From NCBI GenBank assembly GCA_964613385.1, contig CAZTGZ010000001.1, positions 105,836-169,835 on the forward strand: a stretch of 64,000 bases of DNA, given 5' to 3'. Below the pieces are notes generated by a model. The model was not told the origin of the DNA, did not search any database, and was given only the letters and a program-made list of their open reading frames with translations. Position numbers and translations under genes: made by a program. Position 1 is the first letter of the stretch; the number at the start of each line of letters is the position of its first letter. Shown one piece after another: positions 38,834 through 47,968 of the stretch. This DNA is from an uncultured Chitinophagaceae bacterium (GTDB lineage: Bacteria; Bacteroidota; Bacteroidia; NS11-12g; UBA9320).

Positions 38834-40533
38834 GAAATGTTTTTCTATATATCGCCATAACAGGAATATTAACCGCATGTGCGGGACGTAAACAAAATGC
38901 CGGTGAACTTTCTTATGCTCAGCAGAAGAAGTTCAATGAAGCATTTTTTGAGGCGAGTAAGCAAAAGGCTTTGGGGAATTTGGAGGAAGCCACATCATCA
39001 TTTTTACAGGCGATCAAAATCGATCCTTCAAACCATGCGGTGATGTATCAGCTGGCCAATCTTTATTTGAAACAGAAGAATACCGATGAATCTCAGCATT
39101 GGGCCGAGAAATCCGTTCAAAAGAATCCGGTTTACAATCATTGGTATTACGGTCAATTGGGGCAGATTTACAATCGTCAGGGTTTATATGCCAAATCAGC
39201 GGGGATTTTTGTGAAAATGATAGAACAGGATCCCAACCGCTTGTCTAATTACATAGAGGCGTCAAATCAGTTGATCAATGCCGGCGAATACAAGGAATCC
39301 ATCAAAATACTGGACCGATATCAGGAAAAATTCGGGGTGGATGAAGAATCGGCCAGGAAACTGGAACAATTGTACCTGAAACTGAACAAACCGGAACAGG
39401 CGCTGGCCGAAATATTAAAATTGGCTGAAGCTTGTCCGGATGAGGTGCGTTACTGGGGTTTGCTCGCAGAAACCCAAATGTCCGTTGGAAAAAAGGCGGA
39501 TGCCGAGAAATCATATCTCAAAATGATTGCATTGGATTCGTTGAACGGATATGCCCATTTTGGGTTGGCTGATATTTTAAGAAGCAAGGGTGAAGCCGAT
39601 GCATCCTTTGAACATCTTTTAGCAGGATTCGGAGATGACCGGGTTAAAATGGCCAATAAACTGCAGGTAGTCTCTTCCTATTTTGTGTTGATGCAAAAGG
39701 ATGAGAAAAGTAAGACACAAGTGTTCAGATTGGCGGAAGCACTGGTGAAAACACATCCCAACGATGCGATGGGGTATGTGGTATACAGCGATTTGTATTA
39801 TGCACTTGGTTCCTTTAGTGAAAGCCGAACGTATTTGTTGAAGGCTCTTACCTTGGAATCCGGAGATTACAAGTACTGGCAGAAATTGATTTCTATTGAT
39901 GAACGTGTCAATGACATGAAATTGCTGGAAGAAGATTCACGGAAGGCGTTGGAAGTATTTCCGAATATACCCGCCCTCTACATCTATAACGGTTTTGCAT
40001 TAATCGCTTTAAAACAGTTTGAAAAGTCTGTTTCCATATCGGAAGAGGGATTGGGATTTGCCATCCAAATCCGAGATAAAATACAATTGCATCTCAATAT
40101 GGCCGATGCCTACCATCAAATGAACAATCACGAAAAATCGGATGCTTCATTTGAATCTGTGCTGGAATTAGACCCTGAAAACGCACTGGCACTAAACAAT
40201 TATGCCTACTTTCTCGCCCAAAGGAAGCATAGGTTGGATGATGCGGTGAAGATGATACAGAAGGCCTTGAAATCAGAGCCCGACAATGCTTCATACCTGG
40301 ATACTTACGGATGGGTTTTGTACCAAAGCGCCAAATATCCCGAGGCTTTGAAATTGTTGGAGACCGCGCTTAAACTCGACCCCAGGAATGCTGAAATTTT
40401 AGAGCATGTGGGAGATGTTTATTTCAAGATGGGAAGAAACGATGATGCCCAGAGCTATTGGCGAAAGGCAATTGACAATAAAGGAGATGCAGAAAAATTA
40501 CAAAGGAAAATTAAAGAAGGTATTCCGGGCTGA
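38830..40533 (+). CDS. tetratricopeptide-repeat lipoprotein
   Basis: Lipoprotein-like N-terminus (ITGILTACAG) followed by many TPR units (AIKIDPSNHAVMYQLANLYLK..., ...YGWVLYQSAKYPEALKLLETALKLDPRN...). Confidence 0.75.
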   Translation: MRNVFLYIAITGILTACAGRKQNAGELSYAQQKKFNEAFFEASKQKALGNLEEATSSFLQAIKIDPSNHAVMYQLANLYLKQKNTDESQHWAEKSVQKNPVYNHWYYGQLGQIYNRQGLYAKSAGIFVKMIEQDPNRLSNYIEASNQLINAGEYKESIKILDRYQEKFGVDEESARKLEQLYLKLNKPEQALAEILKLAEACPDEVRYWGLLAETQMSVGKKADAEKSYLKMIALDSLNGYAHFGLADILRSKGEADASFEHLLAGFGDDRVKMANKLQVVSSYFVLMQKDEKSKTQVFRLAEALVKTHPNDAMGYVVYSDLYYALGSFSESRTYLLKALTLESGDYKYWQKLISIDERVNDMKLLEEDSRKALEVFPNIPALYIYNGFALIALKQFEKSVSISEEGLGFAIQIRDKIQLHLNMADAYHQMNNHEKSDASFESVLELDPENALALNNYAYFLAQRKHRLDDAVKMIQKALKSEPDNASYLDTYGWVLYQSAKYPEALKLLETALKLDPRNAEILEHVGDVYFKMGRNDDAQSYWRKAIDNKGDAEKLQRKIKEGIPG

Positions 40534-41284
40534 GCTTCTGCTGGTTATACTATTGTTAGGGACTTTTAGTTCCTGCGCCGGGTTGAAGCGCAAAAAAAGC
40601 ACCGTTGTAAATAAACCTGTCATCGTTACGGATGAGACGTTGATTAAAATGGAAGAGGCGGCCTTTCAATTCGAATCTCTTTCCATTCAAGCCAGGGCAA
40701 ATTATACGGAGGGAGAGTCCAATCAGTCCTTTACCATGAGCATCAGAATGAAAAAGGATAGCTTGATTTGGATTTCAGTGAGTGGTTTGGGTTTTGAGGT
40801 CGTGAGAGCCCTGTTGAATAAGGATAGCATATATGTTTTGGATCGTTTTAATCGGGTTTATTATGCTTACGGAAAGGATCAGGCCCATCAGTTGCTTGGT
40901 GTTCAGGTAGAGTTGATACAGTTGCAGGCCATTTTATTGGGAAATGCACCCTACCCTTGGAAATCTTATAAAATGAACAGTGCCGACAGTGCAGCCAAGG
41001 CCATAGAATACAGGGAAGCTGACATTTATAATAAGCTGTATGTTAATTCGTTACATAGATTGAGTGGGGCTTTCATCAAGAATATGAAAACCGGCCAGGA
41101 TATGAATATTGAATACAGTAAGCATACCAAGGTTGATAAAATGTATTTGCCATATTCATCCAGAATAGAAGTTAATGCCGAAAATAGCAGACCCATTCTG
41201 ACGTTATCTTATGAAAAAGTCACTTTGGATCAAACCCATGAGTTTCCATTTTCTATACCGCCCAATTACAAGAAAGCCGGTTAG
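40487..41284 (+). CDS. DUF4292-like lipoprotein
   Basis: Start chosen at MQKNYKGKLKKVFRAELLLVILLLGTFSSCAG (lipobox SSC); the ORF overlaps the TPR gene end. TPR-DUF4292-M23 is a recurring Bacteroidota gene order, which supports the family call. Confidence 0.5.
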   Translation: MQKNYKGKLKKVFRAELLLVILLLGTFSSCAGLKRKKSTVVNKPVIVTDETLIKMEEAAFQFESLSIQARANYTEGESNQSFTMSIRMKKDSLIWISVSGLGFEVVRALLNKDSIYVLDRFNRVYYAYGKDQAHQLLGVQVELIQLQAILLGNAPYPWKSYKMNSADSAAKAIEYREADIYNKLYVNSLHRLSGAFIKNMKTGQDMNIEYSKHTKVDKMYLPYSSRIEVNAENSRPILTLSYEKVTLDQTHEFPFSIPPNYKKAG

Positions 41285-42551
41285 CTTACTTTTACTTTTA
41301 TGCCTTTTTTGTTTGCCGTTCAGTTTGTCGGCACAAAAAAATGATCGGAAAACCCTGGAAAAGCAGCGGAATCAGACCCGCAAGCAAATAGAAACCACTC
41401 GTAAAATTCTGAAACAAACGCAGAATAAAAAGCAGAAAAGCGTGGCGGTTCTGAGGACATTACAAGCTCAGATAAACCTTCGCAAGAAAATGATGGTTCA
41501 AATCGGGCGTGAATTGGAAGGCATTGATGATGATATTGTGGTTCAGAATTCCGAAATCCAGCTTCTCAATTCGGAGATAGTTCAGCTCAAGCAGCAATAT
41601 GCACACCTGATTTACAACGGCTATAAATCGAGCAATACCCGCAATCGACTTCAATTTGTTTTTAGTGCAGAGGACTTTAATCAGGTATTAAAGCGTATGA
41701 ACTATCTGAAAATGCTGGTAGATTACCGCAAAAAGCAATTGGAGTTAATCAAGGCTAAAATTGATGAAAATACCTCCCGGGTGAATATGTTGATGCAAAC
41801 CCGAAGTGAAAAACTTCAATTAATGAGCAATCGGGAAGAGGAAAAAAAGGATTTGGAAAAGGATGAGGACGAGGCGAGTAATTTGTACAAGGACCTTCAG
41901 AAACAGGAAAGTGAACTGAAGAAAGATTTGAAGGAGAAAGAGGCATTGGCGCGCAAACTCGATGACGCCATTAAAAAGGCCATTGAAGCCGAAATAAAAA
42001 GAGCACGCGAAGAGGCTGAACGGAAACGCAAGGAGGAGGAGCGAAAACGAAAGGAGGCAGAGGCAAATAAATCTGGTCCACCGGCATCTCCGAAAGAGCC
42101 GTCAATGACGGATTTCAATAAGGAGGAAATTGCCATGTCGAAACTCTTTAGTCAGAATAAAGGCAAATTGCCCTGGCCCGTGGGTAGTGGATTTATTTCC
42201 CAGGCATTCGGGATACATCCTCACCCCACCCTAAAAAATATTACGACCGAAAATAACGGCATTAACATCAGCACGACAGGTGGAAGCAAGGCCAAGGCAG
42301 TTTTTGAGGGCGAAGTGACAGCCATCGTGCGTATTCCGGGCTTATTCAATACGGTTTTGGTAAAGCACGGTGAGTTTTTTACGGTGTATAGCAATTTGGA
42401 GGTAGTTTCTGTAACCAAGGGCCAAAAACTGAAAGTTGGTGCGGAGGTAGGTCAGATTCACACCAATGAAGAAGGGAAAACAGAATTGCATTTCGAAGTA
42501 TGGAAAGGCAATGAAAAGCAGAATCCCGAAACTTGGCTGCGCAGAAAATAA
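41238..42551 (+). CDS. M23 family metallopeptidase / murein hydrolase activator (EnvC/NlpD-like) with long coiled coil
   Basis: Signal peptide (MSFHFLYRPITRKPVSLLLLLCLFCLPFSLSAQ); a ~250 aa coiled coil with a K/E/R-rich stretch; a C-terminal LytM/M23 domain (ISTTGGSKAKAVFEGEVTAIVRIPGLFNTVLVKHGEFFTVYSNLE...TELHFEVWKG). Confidence 0.8.
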   Translation: MSFHFLYRPITRKPVSLLLLLCLFCLPFSLSAQKNDRKTLEKQRNQTRKQIETTRKILKQTQNKKQKSVAVLRTLQAQINLRKKMMVQIGRELEGIDDDIVVQNSEIQLLNSEIVQLKQQYAHLIYNGYKSSNTRNRLQFVFSAEDFNQVLKRMNYLKMLVDYRKKQLELIKAKIDENTSRVNMLMQTRSEKLQLMSNREEEKKDLEKDEDEASNLYKDLQKQESELKKDLKEKEALARKLDDAIKKAIEAEIKRAREEAERKRKEEERKRKEAEANKSGPPASPKEPSMTDFNKEEIAMSKLFSQNKGKLPWPVGSGFISQAFGIHPHPTLKNITTENNGINISTTGGSKAKAVFEGEVTAIVRIPGLFNTVLVKHGEFFTVYSNLEVVSVTKGQKLKVGAEVGQIHTNEEGKTELHFEVWKGNEKQNPETWLRRK

Positions 42552-42576
42552 AAGCCCTTTGTATCTTTGAATTTCA

Positions 42577-43422
42577 TTGTTTATGAAAGTTGCCATCATA
42601 GGAGCCGGTACCATGGGATTGGGAATTGCACAGGTTTGTGCTTCTGCCGGTCATGAAGTAGTTCTGGCTGACGTTCAGGAATCAGCCTTACAAAAAGCTT
42701 TGGATGCCATCAGGGGTAATCTTGAAAAAGCAGTTTCCATCGGTAAACTCACCCCGCAGGCACTACCCGAAATACTGGGAAGATTATCCACCACCACCGA
42801 TATCAATCAGTTGCCCTGCGATCTTGCCATCGAAGCCATCGTGGAAAGACTCGATGTGAAACAGGATTTATTCAGGAAATTGGCGGCTGTGAATTCCTCA
42901 AATTGCATCCTGGCTACCAATACATCCAGCATCCCCATTACCCGCATCGCAGCGGGCATCGAGCATCCGGAAAGAGTGATAGGACTGCACTTTTTCAACC
43001 CGGCACATATCATGAAACTGGTTGAAATTGTAAATGGTGCGCACACCTCACCCGACATCACGGAGGAGATGAAATCCTTTATTTTGGGACTGGGTAAAAC
43101 CCCCATTATTGCAGCAGATGCACCCGGGTTCATCGTTAACCGGGTAGCGAGACATTATTACGTAGAATCTCTGAAAATACTGGAAGAAGGTATTGCTTCG
43201 TTTGAAGATATCGATATGCTGATGGAAAGTAGCGGATTTAAAATGGGCCCATTCAGACTGATGGATTTAATCGGTGTTGATACCAACTTTTCTGTTACTT
43301 CTTCGATGTTTGAGCTTTTTCATCAGGACCCGAAATTCAGACCTAGTCGGATACAACAACAAAAAGTGGATGCAGGATTACATGGACGCAAAAGTGGTAA
43401 GGGCTTTTATACGTACGCTTAA
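42577..43422 (+). CDS. 3-hydroxybutyryl-CoA / 3-hydroxyacyl-CoA dehydrogenase
   Basis: N-terminal Rossmann motif KVAIIGAGTMGLGIA, plus HFFNPAHIMKLVEIV and a C-terminal dimerisation domain. This is the typical Hbd/FadB-C organisation. Confidence 0.85.
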   Translation: MFMKVAIIGAGTMGLGIAQVCASAGHEVVLADVQESALQKALDAIRGNLEKAVSIGKLTPQALPEILGRLSTTTDINQLPCDLAIEAIVERLDVKQDLFRKLAAVNSSNCILATNTSSIPITRIAAGIEHPERVIGLHFFNPAHIMKLVEIVNGAHTSPDITEEMKSFILGLGKTPIIAADAPGFIVNRVARHYYVESLKILEEGIASFEDIDMLMESSGFKMGPFRLMDLIGVDTNFSVTSSMFELFHQDPKFRPSRIQQQKVDAGLHGRKSGKGFYTYA

Positions 43423-43861
43423 GGCGGCATCTCTGCTGTGTTTTTTCGCGGCATTTCAAGCCTGCGATGACGATCCGGGCGGAGAGCACCCTGTGCCGGC
43501 AGCTTCGGTGAACTTGACGATTAATACGGATTTGCCTACTTATTTTAAATTGAAAAATCTGGGATCTTATGTGTATGAAGATGGCGGAAACAGAGGGATT
43601 TTGGTTATCCACGGATTCGATGATCAATTTTACGCCTTCGATCGTTTGTGTACACATCTTCCGGATTTAACTTGTTCCTTAATACATGTTGATAGTATGA
43701 ATCTCAACCTCAGATGTGGTCAATTTTCAGATACCACCTGGGTTCCGTGTTGTGAATCGAAATACCAGATGGACGGCCTGGTGCAGCAAGGACCGGCTAA
43801 ATATCCGTTGAGACAGTATCCGGTTGCCATAAACGGAAGTATCCTATATATCAGGAATTGA
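43370..43861 (+). CDS. cysteine-rich lipoprotein, function unknown
   Basis: Start chosen at the internal ATG (MQDYMDAKVV...LLCFFAAFQACDDD, lipobox FQAC); the 5' part of the track ORF overlaps the hbd gene. Seven Cys residues (CTHLPDLTC, RCGQF, VPCC). The start is uncertain. Confidence 0.45.
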   Translation: MQDYMDAKVVRAFIRTLKAASLLCFFAAFQACDDDPGGEHPVPAASVNLTINTDLPTYFKLKNLGSYVYEDGGNRGILVIHGFDDQFYAFDRLCTHLPDLTCSLIHVDSMNLNLRCGQFSDTTWVPCCESKYQMDGLVQQGPAKYPLRQYPVAINGSILYIRN

Positions 43862-44445
43862 ACACCATGAAAATAGAATTCAAACTGCTCATTTTTAGTG
43901 TTTTGTTGGGATTCGTATATGCCTGCGGTGAATCGTCTCAAATGAGCGATAAAGACAAGGAAAAATGGATGCAACAGGGAAAACAAGCGGTGGATGCAGC
44001 GTCTAAAAGGGTGAAGGATTCCCTGGTTCATGCCATGCAGCAAAGAGGACCCATGGCAGCGGTCACTGCCTGTAACCATTTAATGCAGGGAGAAAACCCT
44101 TATGGGAATACGTATGAAATAAGAAGAACGGCGCTGAAATTCAGAAATCCCGGCAATAAGCCCACACAAAGGGAAAAACAGGTGTTGGAAATGATGCGGG
44201 ATGCGCATGGCCGAAAACAGGAAATAGGACCGGTATTAGACCTTCATGAGAATGGGGATTTATACTATTATCATCCCATTATGGTTCAGCCTATGTGTCT
44301 GAATTGCCACGGTAAACCCGGATATGAAATAACAGAGGCCGTATTTAATGCCATTAAGAAAACCTATCCCAAAGACAAAGCTATGGGATTTTCAGAAGGT
44401 GATTTTCGGGGAATGTGGACCGTAAAATTGAAATCTACGTTGTAG
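43858..44445 (+). CDS. DUF3365-like lipoprotein with c-type heme-binding CxxCH motif
   Basis: Lipoprotein signal (LLGFVYACGES). A single CLNCH motif in MVQPMCLNCHGKPGY, and ...TACNHLMQ.... The size and layout match DUF3365 family proteins. The ORF overlaps the upstream Cys-rich gene by 4 nt. Confidence 0.6.
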   Translation: MNTMKIEFKLLIFSVLLGFVYACGESSQMSDKDKEKWMQQGKQAVDAASKRVKDSLVHAMQQRGPMAAVTACNHLMQGENPYGNTYEIRRTALKFRNPGNKPTQREKQVLEMMRDAHGRKQEIGPVLDLHENGDLYYYHPIMVQPMCLNCHGKPGYEITEAVFNAIKKTYPKDKAMGFSEGDFRGMWTVKLKSTL

Positions 44446-44782
44446 ACCATTGAGCCCATAGTTTCCGGTTCGACAAGTAATCTGCTTGATTTTCAAACCC
44501 GTAAGCTTCTTTTTCAAAACTGATACTCATGTAGGCCTTCGTATGATTCCGGCCTTTTAGTCTGTAATAGCAATATTCAGAAATATAGATGAAGTAGAAC
44601 GGCAGCACCAGTAATTCCAGTTGTTGTTTCAGATGAATTTGTTCGTGACGTATGATATTGGGTATGGCATATTTAGGTTCTCTGATAATAACCAATGGCC
44701 ATATGGCCGCGGCTGCATATTTGGGATGTATCATCCATCTCAGGTAAGGGGGCAAAACCCAAATCATACATCCTCCTTTCAT
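44435..44782 (-). CDS. hypothetical small protein with HExxH-like motif
   Basis: 115 aa ORF containing HEQIHLKQ and a downstream FEKEAY. It could be a minimal zincin-like fold. It sits immediately downstream of pnuC on the same strand. Confidence 0.4.
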   Translation of the reverse strand: MKGGCMIWVLPPYLRWMIHPKYAAAAIWPLVIIREPKYAIPNIIRHEQIHLKQQLELLVLPFYFIYISEYCYYRLKGRNHTKAYMSISFEKEAYGFENQADYLSNRKLWAQWSTT

Positions 44783-45342
44783 TATCGGGTCTTATAAGAT
44801 TTATACCAGCGAAAATATCCGCTGATGCATAAAAGGGCAAACAACAACATTTGTATGCCTAAAATATCCAATCCTTTTTTGTGGTAAAGCCAGGCAGCCG
44901 ACAAGTTGAGCACAAACCACCAGGTCCAGGATGAGAGTATTTTCCGGGCTTCCTTGAAAGTAGCAATAAAACTGAAAACGGTGATAAATGCATCTGCATA
45001 TGGATAATCGGAAGGTGAAAATCTCTGGGATATTTTCCCCAGGACTACACTCACCAACATTCCAACCATTACAACCCGGATTAGTTGCTTATGATTCCAT
45101 CGCGAAACCAATAGATGTTCTCTTTTTTCTTTCCAGCTTCGGTATGCGATTATGGCAACGGCAATGTAATAGAGATTCAGAATCGACTCGTAATAGAGTT
45201 GAGCATCTGCCAGAAGAACCATGGAGATGGCAGCTGCCAGTCCACCGAAAATCCATCCCGATCGGCGTTCAAACGTAAGGAGTAGCAAAAAAATCAGGTT
45301 TGATGCAAACGCCAGCCATTCGAACAGAGTGATTGCCTTCAT
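44782..45342 (-). CDS. pnuC: nicotinamide riboside transporter PnuC-like
   Basis: 186 aa Trp-rich polytopic membrane protein (WIFGGLAAAISMVLLADAQLYYESILNLYY...WWFVLNLSAAWLY) consistent with the PnuC family. Confidence 0.65.
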   Translation of the reverse strand: MKAITLFEWLAFASNLIFLLLLTFERRSGWIFGGLAAAISMVLLADAQLYYESILNLYYIAVAIIAYRSWKEKREHLLVSRWNHKQLIRVVMVGMLVSVVLGKISQRFSPSDYPYADAFITVFSFIATFKEARKILSSWTWWFVLNLSAAWLYHKKGLDILGIQMLLFALLCISGYFRWYKSYKTR

Positions 45343-46613
45343 AGGGACTCATTGATGGCCATGGCCGCGTGCCAGGCGGAGGTCCATGCATGTTGAAAAT
45401 TGAAGCCGCCCGTTATGGCATCCACATCCATTACTTCACCGGCAAAATACAAGCCCGGGAATTTTCGGCTTTCCATGGTTTTAAAATTGATTTCATCCAA
45501 ATCTACGCCACCGGCTGTTACAAATTCTTCTTTAAAGGTGCTTTTTCCGTTTACCAAAATCTGGAAATGCGTCAGTTGATGACAAATTTCAGTCAAATCA
45601 CTTGATTGCAGGTGTTTCCATCGGCTGCCCGGCAGGAGTGTAAATCCATCCGTCAAGCGATCCCATAACCTTCGCGGCAAACCCAACGGGCCGATGGTGC
45701 CAATTTGCTTATCTCTGTTTTGTGCCTGAAAAATGCGAAGATGTTCCAGGGCTTTTTCCGGTTCCATTCCTGTGAAATTTACGGTCAGTTGAAAGGAATA
45801 TTGTCTTTCTGCAAGTAAACGAGCTCCCCAGGCCGACAATCGCAATACCGCCGGACCGCTGAGGCCATTGTGGGTAATGAGCATGGGGCCTTCGGTTTTA
45901 AGCCCGGTATTCGCCACAGACAAAAGCACATTTGGAATAGAAATGCCCGCCAATCCCTGAATGAATTCAGCCTTTGTGTGCAATGTAAAAAGCGAAGGGC
46001 AGGGTTCAATGATGGTGTGACCAAGTTCCTGCAACATTTTCCAAATTCCGTGATTGGCACCGGAACAAATCAGGACTTTGGAGGTTTCATAATTCCGTTG
46101 ATTAGATATTGCTTCCCATGCATTTCCATTGAATCGAATTTCTTTAAGTGCAGTTTTGTTGGAAAGTATAACACCTTGATTTACAGCAGTTTGCCTGAGA
46201 CAGTTTACGATGGAATCCGAAGAATCACTTTTTGGAAACACACGACCATCACTTTCAGTTTTTAATGGAACCCCATGATTTTCAAACCATTCCATCACAT
46301 CTGCTGGTCCAAAACGATGAAATGGTCCAAGCAGAGCCTTTTCCCCACGGGGATAGTTTTTAACCAACATCTCAGGGTCTGAACAATCGTGGGTTACATT
46401 GCATCTTCCACCTCCACTAATTTTCACTTTTTGCAGATACTCCGTCGATTGTTCGAGAATGCATATCTGCAATTCCGGCCGCCATGCCGACAACAATGCC
46501 GCAGCAAAGAAGCCTGCTGCCCCGCCACCTACCATCAAAACATCGACTTTTATAGACACTGCTTTTGAATTTCTGTATGTTTGAACTATGAGAATTCGTC
46601 GCAAAAATATCAT
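45339..46613 (-). CDS. HI0933/BaiN-like FAD-dependent oxidoreductase (aminoacetone oxidase family flavoprotein)
   Basis: FAD Rossmann motif VLMVGGGAAGFFAA; ISGGGRCNVTHDC; C-terminal GLYFAGEVMDVDAITGGFNFQHAW, typical of the family. Confidence 0.8.
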   Translation of the reverse strand: MIFLRRILIVQTYRNSKAVSIKVDVLMVGGGAAGFFAAALLSAWRPELQICILEQSTEYLQKVKISGGGRCNVTHDCSDPEMLVKNYPRGEKALLGPFHRFGPADVMEWFENHGVPLKTESDGRVFPKSDSSDSIVNCLRQTAVNQGVILSNKTALKEIRFNGNAWEAISNQRNYETSKVLICSGANHGIWKMLQELGHTIIEPCPSLFTLHTKAEFIQGLAGISIPNVLLSVANTGLKTEGPMLITHNGLSGPAVLRLSAWGARLLAERQYSFQLTVNFTGMEPEKALEHLRIFQAQNRDKQIGTIGPLGLPRRLWDRLTDGFTLLPGSRWKHLQSSDLTEICHQLTHFQILVNGKSTFKEEFVTAGGVDLDEINFKTMESRKFPGLYFAGEVMDVDAITGGFNFQHAWTSAWHAAMAINESL

Positions 46614-47877
46614 ATATACGGTGCTACTGTTTTTAATTCATTGCACCACCATTGCTCAGGATCGGAATTATGCAACCCGTATCATGGATAGTTTGTGCAG
46701 TCCCGCGTATTTTGGCAGGGGATATTTGAATGACGGTGACCGTAAAGCGGGAGAATTCATTCGCAACGAGATGATACATGCCGGACTTCTTCCGTTGGCG
46801 GATGACTACCGACATCGTTTTTCATTTCCGGTGAACACTTTTCCTGAAGATCTGATTTTTCAGATTGATGGAAAAAACATGCAGGCCGGGGTGGATTTTA
46901 TTCCGGCACCTCATGCTACTTCCTTTCATGCCGTCCATCAAAAGTTGCGTCTTGTAAAAAAGGAGGATTTACTATCAAAATGCAGGTATCGAAAATTGCG
47001 GAGGGAAATTAAGTCCGGAGTGGTTTTGGTGCTCGACACAACCACTGATGAGAAGGCAATGGTAAAACGCAAGGAACTGATGAAAGAAACCAGGGTCAGT
47101 TTCTACATAGAATTGGTGAACAATCTGGTTTGGAGTGTTTCTACCAAAGAGAACAAAGCATCTTTTCAAATGCTTGTGGGCTCCTATCCCCTGAATGCAG
47201 CCTTAACAGAAATAAAAATCGTGAACAAATTCATTCCCAACTATCAGACCGCCAACATTGCCGGATACATTAAGGGAAAGGAACATCCGGATTCATTTCT
47301 GGTTGTTACCGCGCATTACGACCATTTAGGTGGTATAGGCAAATCGGTATTTTTTCCGGGTGCAAACGACAATGCGAGCGGTGTGGCTATGATGTTGGAT
47401 CTGGCGCATTATTTTCAGCAACATCCTCCGGCATATTCCATAGCCTTTATCGCATTTGCGGCCGAAGAGGCCGGTCTGATCGGTTCCTTTCATTGGGTGA
47501 AGGACTCCAGACAGTTAATACCATTAAACAAAATCAGGTTTTTGGTGAATATAGACCTGATGGGAAGCGGAGATGAAGGAATTATGGCCGTAAATGGTGC
47601 TGTTTTTACCGAAGAATTTGAAAAATTGACGAACATCAACTCCACCCATCATTTATTAACAGAGGTAAAGGCAAGGGGGAAAGCCGCCAATAGCGACCAT
47701 TATTTTTTTACAGAAGCCGGTGTACGAGGCTTCTTTTTTTATCTGATGGGAAAATACAAACACTATCACAACGTATATGATTCCCCTGAAAACTTAAGGT
47801 TGAATGATCATTATAACAGAGCTTTTACCTTGATAAGCGGATTCATTTCCAGTTTCTATATTCATGATTATGAATAG
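46588..47877 (+). CDS. M28 family zinc aminopeptidase
   Basis: VVTAHYDHLGG...FPGANDNASGVAMMLDLA...FIAFAAEEAGLIGS... are the M28 metal-binding motifs. N-terminal signal peptide present. Confidence 0.8.
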   Translation: MRIRRKNIIYTVLLFLIHCTTIAQDRNYATRIMDSLCSPAYFGRGYLNDGDRKAGEFIRNEMIHAGLLPLADDYRHRFSFPVNTFPEDLIFQIDGKNMQAGVDFIPAPHATSFHAVHQKLRLVKKEDLLSKCRYRKLRREIKSGVVLVLDTTTDEKAMVKRKELMKETRVSFYIELVNNLVWSVSTKENKASFQMLVGSYPLNAALTEIKIVNKFIPNYQTANIAGYIKGKEHPDSFLVVTAHYDHLGGIGKSVFFPGANDNASGVAMMLDLAHYFQQHPPAYSIAFIAFAAEEAGLIGSFHWVKDSRQLIPLNKIRFLVNIDLMGSGDEGIMAVNGAVFTEEFEKLTNINSTHHLLTEVKARGKAANSDHYFFTEAGVRGFFFYLMGKYKHYHNVYDSPENLRLNDHYNRAFTLISGFISSFYIHDYE

Positions 47878-47968
47878 GTAATACCATAATTTTTTTATAT
47901 AATCGAATCTGATTCCGATCAATAAAAACTTATGATGATTTATAAAATTAACACATAGCGATTCGGAA

